A DNA stretch of 64,000 bases from Octopus sinensis (Eukaryota). A model generated the notes under the pieces. The model did no database searches. It had not been told where the DNA came from and was given only the letters and a program-made list of their open reading frames with translations. The stretch is from assembly GCF_006345805.1 (NCBI RefSeq), contig NC_043015.1, positions 13,330,001 to 13,394,000 of the forward strand. The letters are read 5' to 3'. Below, in pieces: positions 26,897 to 37,747 of this stretch (positions are counted from its first letter, which is position 1; every line of letters starts with the position of its first letter). Position numbers and translations under genes: made by a program.

Positions 26897-27469
26897 AAGT
26901 ACTGAATGAGAAATTCCTGCTCCCTCTATTACTGTCTTATCTGGAACAACTGAAAGCTGTTTTTAAATGAAAATGATGGAAAATATACAATTTATAAAGG
27001 AACACTTATTTTTATGACTCTATATAAACTTAAACTTTCTGAAACATTTTGTATTTACCCTGGAATTTCCATGAGTGCTGTTAGTCTCTAATTAATAATT
27101 CAGCACCACAAAAATTTTGCAGAATACAGTAACAAATTTTGTTGATAAGTTGACTTCCAACTTTGCTTGTAGACCGAATGAAAGACCTAAGTACAACTAT
27201 CAAAACTCGGTGTTATCCAATGGTTTGGTGTGTATCTTAAATGCTGTGTATAGTAGCCATATTGACCGCTCCTTCCTTAAACGTAACATATCTTCGAATG
27301 TAGCAAGCACATGATTGTGAAGTAACCACATGGTGCGGTCCATAAATCCTGTACATCGCACGCCACCACCTCATGTAGCGCTACTGGCTGTACCACGTTT
27401 AAGGCAATGATTTAATAATAACTACATGACCTTCAGTTGAAACCTTTTCAAAGCAATAAATAGCAATAC

Positions 27470-27824
27470 GGCTGATCAAAATTTTCTGAGTGGATTTGGT
27501 AGACGGACACTGAAAGAAGCCCTTCGTATATAAATGTGTGTGTGTGTGTGCGTGCGTGCGTGCGCGTGTGTGTGTGTGAGTGTAAGTGTGGGTATGCTTG
27601 TGCCTCCTCGTCTTAACATCGCATAATTGTTGTCACTGATTTCCAATATTTTGTGGAAACTTGTCTGGCCACGGGGGAAATATTACCTTACTAAGAAACA
27701 GGTACGGGTTGGCGAGAGCAAGGGCATCCGGCCGTAGAAAATCTGTCTCATTGAACTCTGATCGACCAATGCAACCATGGAAATGTAAACGTCAAGACGA
27801 TGACGACGACGACGGTGATAATGG

Positions 27825-27865
<41 letters not shown>

Positions 27866-27930
27866 ATGATGATGATGATGATGATGACGACGATTGTGGT
27901 GGTGGTGGTGGTGGTGGTGGTAATGATGAC
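27470..27930 (+). mobile_element. SINE family B variant with RTE-like 3' tail and (GAT)n/(GGT)n expansion
   Basis: gtggatttggtagacgg block followed by agggcatccggccgtagaaa...catggaaa, similar to the RTE 3' ends in this window. Confidence 0.6.
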
Positions 27931-28644
27931 AGCAGATTAAACTCATATTATACAGGTTTTGTGTTAGATGATGTTTCCCTACGATCTCGGAATTGAGCAA
28001 AACAGAAACCACGATCCACAAACTGCTGTATATTTAAAATTATCTGTAGCAGTAGAGCTCACACGCTCTCCATTACACCATTACTCTCCATCACGTGTGC
28101 ACTTTGATGACATACTGTCACACTGTTTCTATCCAATCAGAGACTGGCATTACTTTGATGGCTTGTTGACAGTTTTTGCACAAAAACATCAAAAGTATTT
28201 CTTTGAAAAGCCGGCTCACACGACATTTTGAATTTCCACCAATCAAACATGCACGTAGTAGCAATTACTTATTTCGACCAATTGAAACACCTCGCCTGTT
28301 GAGCACGTCCGTGAATTTCAAACTCTTGTTTTCTATCCTCTCTCTTTATGATAAAAGCCTTTGTTTTTGCAAGCTTGGAGAGTTTGTCACAAAGTCGTAC
28401 AGCAATTTGCTGCATCACATGACATTTCTCCACGCCTGCTCCTAGGCAGAATAGAGTTTTGTCGCATTGTTGCTAGATTCTAACGACATCGAACGATCTG
28501 ATGTTGAAACAGAGTTCTCTCGCTCTCACTCTCTCATTTTCTCTGTTCCTCTCTCACTCGACAGGTCTTCGCTAGAAACTGCAACCACGCCCCTTTACCC
28601 AACATAAGCCTGAAACATACATATATACATTATGAGTAGTTCTA

Positions 28645-29422
28645 ATTCATACATACATACATACATACATACATACATGCATACATACATACATACATAC
28701 ATACATACATACATGCATGTATGCATGCATACATATATACCTACCTACCTACCTACATACATACATACATACATACATTCATACATACATACATACATAC
28801 ATACATACATACATGCATACATACATACATACATACATATATACATAATACATACATACATACATGCATACATGCATGCATACATACATACATACATGCA
28901 TGCATACATACATACGTACATACATGCATACATACATACATACATAATACATACATACATACATTCATACATACATACATACATACATACATACATACAT
29001 ACATACATGCATACATACATACATACATACATACATACATACATACATACATACATACATACATACATTCATACATACATACATACATACATACATACAT
29101 TCATACATACATACATACATACATACATTCATACCTACATACATACATACATACATACATACATACATACATACATTCATACATACATACATTCATACAT
29201 ACATACATACATACATACATGCATGCATACATACATACATACATACATGCATACATACATACATACATAATACATACATACATACATACATGCATACATA
29301 CATACATATATACCTACCTACCTACATACATAGATACATACATACATACATACATACATACATACATACATACATACATACATTCATACATACATACATA
29401 CATACATACATACATACATACG
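28645..29422. repeat. ~780-bp (CATA)n microsatellite
   Basis: Directly visible; produces the spurious HTYI/MYVC ORFs. Confidence 0.97.
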
Positions 29423-29746
29423 TAACTGTGATTTCTGCTGTCTATTAATTATAAAAAGCGTGTGTGTGCGCGCGTATATATATATGTGTGTGTGTGGTGT
29501 GTGTGTGTGTGTGTGTGTTATAAGCCTAAAGCTTATAAGCGATCACCGTGTATTGACTAAAGCAAATAGTTTGATATTGGAACATATTAGCCCTCGGCGG
29601 AAAAACGTATGTTTTCGAAAACCCACTTTTATATATAAAGATATATAAATGCAAAAATGGGACAAGAACGCAAAACAGCCAGACAAATGGTACAAACAAA
29701 ACAAGGACGGGTCATTCGGAGTTTTCATATATATATGTGTGTGTGT

Positions 29747-29778
<32 letters not shown>

Positions 29779-30319
29779 TTGTGTGTGTAATTAACCTGTT
29801 TGTTTTTTGCTTTTTTTAATGTCTGGATCAACCGAAATCCATATGATTATGGTCAGCGTAATAAAATGCTTTGATGTTATCTTCACTTAAGTTTTCAACT
29901 ACCTCGGCGCAGGTATGGCTGCGTGGTTAAGAAACTCTCCTTGCAACCATCAAACACGCACGTAGTTCGAGTTCCATTCCACTGCGCAACGCCTTGGGTA
30001 AGTGGATTCTAATATAGACCTGGGCCAGAGCAATGCTTTGTGAGTGGATTTGTTTGGAAGCCCTTCATCTTTCCCCACCTTTCTCTCTCTCTCTGTGTAT
30101 ATATGTATGTATATATGCATGCATGCATGCATGCATGTATGTATGTATGTATGTATGTATGCATGTATGTACGTATATATATATATACATACACACACAC
30201 GCACACACACACACACACACGCGTGCACACACACACATATATATATATAAATATATATATACATATAATATATATATGTACATATATATATATATACATA
30301 TAATATATAAATATATGTT

Positions 30320-30352
<33 letters not shown>

Positions 30353-30375
30353 TATATATAATATATATATATATA

Positions 30376-31256
30376 CATGGTCTGATAAATAAGTATCCGG
30401 ACTGTTGTTATAGTAACGAAGCTAAAGCACGCACGGTAAAGCCGCTTTGCACAGATTGACATTGAATGCTGCTGTGCATGCGCACTAAGATATAACAATC
30501 TAGGTCACATATGCTGTTTACAGCAGTGCTTGGAAGGAAGGTGTGTAGCGTGTGATCGTCTCATTGACCATATGAGAAAAAGTTGAGCAGAGAATTTGCA
30601 TCAAATTTTGCCAAAGGCTTGGTGATACCTGCTCAGAGGCTAACGCAAAGTTTCAACAAAATTTCATCGTTCTCGACAGAGTCAAGGACATCTTGTGCGA
30701 CTGAAACCCGAATGTCTTTCACGTCAGCTGAAAGCAGTTTTGGCACAAACTTGGCAGACACTCGTCTCATAATCAAATCTGGACTGAACTGAACCGTAAC
30801 TAATCTGCACATTCTCTGATAACTCACGTATGGTGATTTGACGACTTTCCTTCGCAGCTGCTCGCACATCTGCGATGTTTTTCTCAGTTCTGCTGGTTGA
30901 GGGTCCCCCAGAAGGTTCGTCAATATCAACATTTTTCGGCCATCTTGGAAACCTCTGAACCACTTGTACACTTGTGTGCAGCTCATACACTCCTCTCCAT
31001 ACACTTTCGGCAACTTTGCATCAGCATGTGAGCAGATATCGCCATGACAACTTTATCTGTCATGGTCAATGCGACGATCACATGCTATACACCTTCCTTC
31101 CAAGTACTACTGTAAATAGCAGAAGTGAGCTAGAATGTTAAAACTTCGTGCGCATGCACAGCAGTGTTCAAGGTCAATCTTAGCCAGACGGCTTTACTGT
31201 ACGTGTTTTAGCTTCGTTACTATGGCAACAGTCCGGATACATATTGATCAGGCCTG
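30376..31256. mobile_element. Non-autonomous mariner derivative made of two inverted 5' ends (copy 1)
   Basis: ~250-bp inverted arms and TA flanks. Left arm encodes the KVEQRICIKFC start; minus strand encodes MSCTQVYKWF...MRRVSAKFVPKLL (mariner HTH region). Confidence 0.85.
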
Positions 31257-31265
31257 TATATATAT

Positions 31266-31323
<58 letters not shown>

Positions 31324-31625
31324 GAGGCGCAATGGCCCAGTGGTTACGGCAGCGGACTCACGGTCGTAGGATCGCGGTTTCGTTTTCCAGGCCGGGCGTT
31401 GTGAGTGTTTATTGAGCGAAAACACCTAAAGCTCCACGAGGCTCCGGCAGGGGGTGGTGGCGATCCCTGGTGTACTCTTTCGCCACAACTTTCTCTCACT
31501 CTTTCTTCTGTTGGCCTACTCGCTTAGCCAGCGGGGTGGCGTCATTTGAAGGCTAAAACAATGCGAAGCGCATTGTGACCAGCGATGTGTAGCAACGGCT
31601 GATAGCCTGGTCGGTCACGGTGATC
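31324..31625 (+). mobile_element. tRNA-derived SINE family C (head 1 + tail 2)
   Basis: tRNA-like head gcgcaatggcccagtggtt...ggtttcg; head shared with 2580-2905. Confidence 0.85.
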
Positions 31626-31681
31626 ACAGTGATATATATATATATACCTACGTATATGTACATACATACTTACATCTATAC

Positions 31682-31724
<43 letters not shown>

Positions 31725-31734
31725 ATATATATAC

Positions 31735-31965
31735 ATGCATATGTGGGCACAGGACATCACGAAACGTGTACAACAAAAAATACGGACGTATATTGTTGTT
31801 ACGAGAGTAGAAAAACAGCCAACAACTGGTGAAGGATTGTTCTTTATGGGGTTTTTTGTCTTGTTTTCCATTTGTGACTTTCGTTTTTTCATATTTCATG
31901 TACTTGTACTTTGTATTTTATTGTTGTGCACGTTTCGTGGCGTCTTGTGCCCACATGTGCACACA
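31735..31965. mobile_element. Short element with ~35-bp inverted ends, related to 556-705 and 32990-33185
   Basis: atgtgggcacaggacatcacgaaacgtgtacaaca ... tgttgtgcacgtttcgtggcgtcttgtgcccacat. Confidence 0.6.
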
Positions 31966-32017
31966 CACACATATATATATATATGAGTGTGTGTGTGTAT
32001 ATATATACGTCTAGATG

Positions 32018-32083
<66 letters not shown>

Positions 32084-32085
32084 CT

Positions 32086-32364
32086 GTTATATTTGGGAAT
32101 GGTCATTTTGCCAGTTTAGCCAATAAAAACACACGCACTATATATTTGGTGTTAATTTGCTTCAGCGTATTCATTTTTTACATTAATCTTAATCTTATTT
32201 CGGCCAGAGTTCTTTCGTCACAGAAGTGTAACGAAAGAACTCTGGCCGAAATAAGATTAAGATTAATGTAAAAAATGAATAACGCTGAAGCAAATTAACA
32301 CCAAATATATAGTGCGTGTGTTTTTATTGGCTAAACTGGCAAAATGACGATTCCTAAATACAAC
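32086..32364. repeat. 133-bp-arm palindrome centred on a hammerhead-like stem II + GAAA
   Basis: Arms 32086-32218 and 32231-32364. Centre GTCAC-AGAAGT-GTAAC-GAAA-GAAC-TC. Confidence 0.85.
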
Positions 32365-32431
32365 CACATCTGTTTCAACACACGATTTCACATCAAGAAT
32401 CTTGCAAAACAAATTTATAAACGTATATATA

Positions 32432-32484
<53 letters not shown>

Positions 32485-32519
32485 ATATATATTATATATA
32501 TTATTTAAATTATTTATAT

Positions 32520-33227
32520 TATTATATGATTGAACACCACGCATCCTCTTCCAAGTTAGTTTTATCTTAATAATTCTGCTGTGCACTCTATACGATCTTT
32601 TTACTCTTTCATTTTTCTCTCTCTTATTCTTTTACGTCCTCTTCTCCCACTATTCTATCCTATTAATCTGTCACCCTCTCTCCTTCACTCATTCTCCCTT
32701 GCTTACGTGGCTTTCACGTGACCATCGGCCATCTTTCTTTCTTCTCCTAACTAGTGTTTCTTTCTTTCTCTCTGTTGTAGCTGGAACAAGGAAGACGTGT
32801 TCTTGTCTGTCTCCTGTCCGAGCTTGATTTACGCGTTCGCCACCACAACCTCGTTTAGACTTAGCAGTCCTTCTTGTTTGTTTTCACTGTCCTGTTTGTG
32901 TTACCAATTTTGACCCTCCGCAAAATCCCAAATTTTATTTAATTTGCTTTGCGGGAGCAACTGTTTTATCGAAAGCGTATATTGTTGTTAAATGCTCGAA
33001 ATACGAGAGTACAAAAACAGCCAACAACTGATCAAGGGTGGTTCTTTATCTTGTTTGTCTTGTGTTTCATTTGTGTCTTTCGTTGTTCGAAAAATAGTTC
33101 ATATTCCATGTACTCGTACTTCGTATATTTTTCTTGTACACGTTTCGTGACGTCCTGTGCCCACATATGCATATCATATATACATATAGATGTAAGTATG
33201 TACATATACGTATGTATATATGCATAT

Positions 33228-33259
<32 letters not shown>

Positions 33260-33315
33260 ATATATATATATATTATATGATTGAACGCCACGCATCCTCT
33301 TCCAAGTAAGTTTTA
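32520..33315. mobile_element. PLE pseudo-LTR-like segment in (TA)n with partial tandem repeat of its start
   Basis: gattgaacaccacgcatcctcttccaag at ~32527 recurs at ~33280; TA flanks. PLE assignment is inference. Confidence 0.45.
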
Positions 33316-33535
33316 TATATATAATGTAATATAATATAATATTATATTATAGTTATCCGGATCAAAATTTACTTCTTCTGCTAAGGTTTTCAATGTCATT
33401 TACGAATTTCTTATCATATCCGTGTGAATTATTCGATTATGAGATTTAATTCATTAAACGGTGTTCAATAAATGTCATCAAATAAAATTAAATGAAGCAG
33501 ATTTTGTCGTTATTGATGGATTATTCATTTATATA

Positions 33536-34733
33536 ATTAGTTGTTTCACATTAAATGTCGTATTTGAAAGGTAACAATAAAATGTTTCAGACGTGTTAGA
33601 GAACTGATTTATTTAATCAAAGTATGTTTCATGTTCATTTATTACCCAACGTTTCTCTCTCATATATTCCATCTTTAAAAAAAAATCATTTTTTGCTGTG
33701 ATAAACAGTCTGAATGCTTTAGTTACCTCTTCTTTATTTAAGAATGTTTTATTGCTTATGAAAAATTCAAAATGTTTAAATAAGTGATGATCAGTAGGAG
33801 AGATATCAGGGAAATAGAGAGGATGTTGCAAAATCTCATAATTCAGGCTTTGCAACTTTTGGACCGTAGCTTGAAGAGTGTGAGGACGTGCATTGTCGTG
33901 CAGCAGAATTGGGCCATCTCTATTCACTATTCTGGGTTCCTTGTTTTCAAATTCTCATGCATATAATCAATTTCCAGGCAATACGGTGTTGCTGTTACTG
34001 TTTTCCCTTGTAAAAATGAATAGTAAATAACTTCGTTCACAGACCACCTTACAGTGACCACTAAATTTTTAGGGCGCAATGATGGGTTTCGGTAGTGTTT
34101 AGGTGACTTTCCTGCATCAAACCACTGCCCTGTTCTACTGCTGTTGTAAAAGAGCACCCATTTCTCACAAGTAATGATTTGATGCAAAAGTGGTATTTTT
34201 CCAGTCGAGAAAGCAATAAGGAGTACACTCCGAGGCGTCTATTTTTTTAATGTCGTTCAGTTGATGTGAAACAAACCTATCCGTTGTCTTGACTTTTCCA
34301 ATTTTTTACAGATGTCCAAAAACAGTTGTGCGAGATGTTTGGAGTTCTGATGGAAGTTTTCGAACCTTTGTTCTCGGATTTTATTCAACCAAAGCATTTA
34401 ATGCATCATGCCGAATAACTGATTTTGGTCTACCCCTTGGTTTATTTTCAAGGCTATCATCTCCTGAACGAGAACTTTGGAACCATCTCTGAACAGTTCT
34501 GATATTGCGTAGAGCATCTGCGACAGAGTAACCCAGTTTGTAGTCATACGAGAAAACCACTCAACATAGTTTTGTTATTACCACTTTCATAAGGTCTGTG
34601 GGTACGAATTTTGCATAACAATACTGTTGGAAAAAAAAAGTCACGATTAAATGCAAGGTATACATAATTGAGTTTTTAAACGACTAAAATAATAAGTAAT
34701 TAAAAATGCGACACTTCATGTGAAACAACCTAA
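33536..34733 (-). mobile_element. Near full-length decayed mariner (Tc1/mariner) element
   Basis: TIRs attagttgtttcacattaaatgtcg / cgacacttcatgtgaaacaacctaata. Transposase fragments IITCEKWVLFYN, LLHDNARPH and PLYFPDISPTDHHLF. Confidence 0.85.
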
Positions 34734-34800
34734 TACATACATACATACATACACACATAGATACATACATACATACATACATACATACATGCATACATAC

Positions 34801-34872
<72 letters not shown>

Positions 34873-34988
34873 ATCGAGGAACGGCCATAATAGGCCATTC
34901 ACCCACTAGAAATAACAGCCAAAAGCTTAACCGCAAAATTACATCAATTCCGTAAACCAGGAGAAAATTAAAAAACATTTACCCTGTA

Positions 34989-35095
34989 ATTTCTTATACG
35001 ATGCACCGTTTCATCTACTGTTTAATGGTAAACTAACCTGATTAAATTAAATCAAGCCAATCCACCATAAGCCCTTAGATTCATCAGTAAGAAAT
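34989..35095 (-). ncRNA. Type I hammerhead ribozyme, copy 1
   Basis: Minus strand: stem I AUUUCUUA, CUGAUGA, stem II AUCUA..UAGAU, GAAA, stem III CGGUGCAUCG, UA cleavage site, stem I' UAAGAAAU. All core positions are canonical. Confidence 0.85.
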
Positions 35096-35475
35096 AGCCA
35101 AGTCGGAACAGATATTTTTCACGAGGCATTCCCGTCCCTGCCTCGGCAATATCTGACCTAAAATTTTCAAATCATCGCACTCGCGCCAAATTTATCGGCA
35201 GCAAATAATATAAGCCGCCGATTCCATTACGGAATAACCAGAAAATTCATAATTAATCAATATAGGGTGCCAAAAAATTTTGTAGAATTTTTTTGCCACC
35301 AACGGCCTAGTGGGAAAAAATTAAATAGTCATAGACCATTTTTAAGTTCAACATCACAATCGAGGAACGGCCATAATAGGCCATTCACCCACTAGAAATA
35401 ACAGCCAAAAGCTTAAACCGCAAAATAACATCAATTCCGTAAACCAGGAGAAAATTAAAAAACATTTACCCTGTA

Positions 35476-35582
35476 ATTTCTTATACGATGCACCGTTTCA
35501 TCTACTGTTTAATGGTAAACTAACCTGATTAAATTAAATCAAGCCAATCCACCATAGGCCCTTAGATTCATCAGTAAGAAAT
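35476..35582 (-). ncRNA. Type I hammerhead ribozyme, copy 2
   Basis: Same 107-nt structure; one substitution relative to copy 1, in the stem II internal loop. Confidence 0.85.
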
Positions 35583-35621
35583 AGCCAAGTCGGAACAGAT
35601 ATTTTTCACGAGGCATTCCCG

Positions 35622-35718
35622 TGATGAATCTAAGGGCCTATGGTGGATTGGCTTGATTTAATTTAATCAGGTTAGTTTACCATTAACAGTAGATGAAACG
35701 GTGCATCGTATAAGAAAT
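35622..35718 (+). ncRNA. 5'-truncated hammerhead (inverted copy), lacking C3 and the stem I 5' strand
   Basis: g|TGATGA-ATCTA...TAGAT-GAAA-CGGTGCATCG-TA-TAAGAAAT. Confidence 0.75.
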
Positions 35719-35948
35719 TACAGGTAAATGTTTTTTAATTTTCTCCTGGTTTACGGAATTGATGTTATTTTGCGGTTTAAGCTTTTGGCTGTTATTTCTA
35801 GTGGGTGAATGGCCTATTATGGCCGTTCCTCGATTGTGATGTTGAACTTAAAAATGGTCTATGACTATTTAATTTTTCCCACTAGGCCGCTGGTGGCAAA
35901 AAATTCTACAAAATTTTTTGCCACCCTATATTGATTAATTATATATAT

Positions 35949-35998
<50 letters not shown>

Positions 35999-36204
35999 AT
36001 GTGGGTGTGGTGTTGTTTGTCCCCCACCCCACTGCTTGACAACCGTAACGTTTAGGTAGAAGAGTCCGGTAGAATATGTACCAGACTTCAGATATAAGTA
36101 CTGGCATTGCTTTGTTCGACAAAACCTGCAAGGCAGTCTCCAAGCATGGCTGCAGTCCAATGACTGAAACAAGTAAAGGAAAAGATTTGAAAGAAAGGAC
36201 ACAG

Positions 36205-36392
36205 GTGAAGGCGTGGTTGTGTGGTAAGAAGTTTCTTCAAAACCACATGGTTTCAGGTTCAGTCCCACTGCATGGTACCTTGGGCAAGTGTGTTCTACTA
36301 TAGCCTCAAGCCGATCAAAGCCTTGTGAGTGGATTTGGTAAACGGAAACTGAAAGAAGCCTCGCATATGTCTGTGTGTATGTGTGTGTGTGT

Positions 36393-36432
<40 letters not shown>

Positions 36433-37236
36433 TATTTCTGTGTTTGTTCTCCACCACCGCTTGACAACCAGTGCTGGAGTGTTTACACCCTCGTAACCAA
36501 GCGGTTCGGCAAAGTTGCCGATAGAATAAGTACAAGATTTAAAAATTAAGTCTTGGAGCCGATTTACTCGACTAAAATTTCTTCAATGTGGTGCCCCAGC
36601 ATGTCCGTAGTCTAATGACTGAAACAAATAAAAGGTTAAAAGTATGCAAATAGTTCTTCCAAAGATGTCGTTCGGAATTTTAATCTGATCTAAGGGAGAT
36701 AACTTTAGATTGTCCATGGTGATAAAGATGTAAGGATAAAAAGTAAGAACACACACGTTCCCCAAGACTTGATATAGACCGTTAAGAATATTATAATTTT
36801 GAAATATTAGATCATACTATAATTCTTTATTATTTAATTCTTTTTTCAGATTATAATTTTATTATACAATAACCACATGGTTCCGGGTTCAGTCCCACTG
36901 CGTGGCATCTTGGGCAAGTGTTTTCTGCTATAGCCCCGGGCCGACCAATACCTTGTGAGTGGATTTGGTAGACGGAAACTGAAAGAAGCCTGTCGTGTAT
37001 ATGTGTATATATATATGTATGTGTGTGTGTGTTTGTCCCCCTAGCATTGCTTGACAGCCGATGCTGGTGTGTTTACGTCCCCGTCACTTAGCGGTTCGGC
37101 AAAAGAGACCGATAGAATAAGTACTGGGCTTACAAAGAATAAGTCCCGGGGTCGATTTGCTCGACTAAAGGCGGTGCTCCAGCATGGCCGCAGTCAAATG
37201 ACTGAAACAAGTAAAAGAGTAAAAGAGTAAAGAGTA
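36205..37236 (+). mobile_element. Two SINE family B copies (36205-36635, 36868-37236), preceded by a family B tail at ~36000-36185
   Basis: Conserved family B blocks. Confidence 0.85.
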
Positions 37237-37314
37237 TACATTTTCATACGTTTTACTTGGTTTGGGGGATTTGGTTTGCAGGATTCTTTATGTGAGTTCG
37301 TGTATCGAAGCATA

Positions 37315-37597
37315 TTTTGTTGTGTCTGGGGAGAGTCATTCTCTTTTAGTGCCTTATTTTTTTAACACACTCACCTGTAAAGTTTCCATTCATTTACTTA
37401 TTTATTTTTCCTAAAATCTTCGTTTGTGTCTTGCAATCTTTTCAATAGTCGTTGACTTCGTCCGTTACTATTGAAAAGGTTGCAAGACGCAACGAAAATT
37501 TTAGGAAAAAAAAAAATAATTGAGTAGAAACTTTACCGGTGTGTGTGTTAAATAATAAGGCACTAAAAGAGAATGACTCTCCCCAGACACAACAAAA
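37315..37597. repeat. ~135-bp-arm palindrome with a degenerate hammerhead-like motif at the start of each arm
   Basis: Arms 37315-37449 and 37467-37597. TTGAAAA-G-GTTGC-AAGAC-GCAAC-GAAA-ATTTTA at 37471-37503. Confidence 0.8.
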
Positions 37598-37690
37598 CAT
37601 TTTCATAGAGTTTTAGTGCCACAGCAATAGATACTTAGATAATGGTTTCAAATTTTGGCACAAAACGGGAAGGTGTGTTGTGTGTGTGTG

Positions 37691-37747
<57 letters not shown>

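Larger units (their letters stand above)
34869..35942 (-). mobile_element. Retrozyme-like non-coding element: ~487-bp tandem unit with hammerheads plus fold-back copy, in (TA)n
   Basis: Direct repeat with period 486-487 (34875 vs 35361; 34989 vs 35476). Inverted arm 35622-35942 mirrors 35249-35573. TA microsatellites on both sides. Confidence 0.85.

Noticed and set aside
28040-28620. Promoter-like cluster (CCAAT boxes, CACGTG, CCACGCCCC)
   Set aside because: Short motifs are expected by chance and there is no adjacent gene evidence.
32990-33050. Possible type II hammerhead (GCTC-GAAA-TACGAGAGTA...CTGATCA-AGGGT); related CTGATGA at ~681 (minus) and ~31825
   Set aside because: No pairing stem I could be built and core positions deviate. 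Kept only as a PLE-like repeat.
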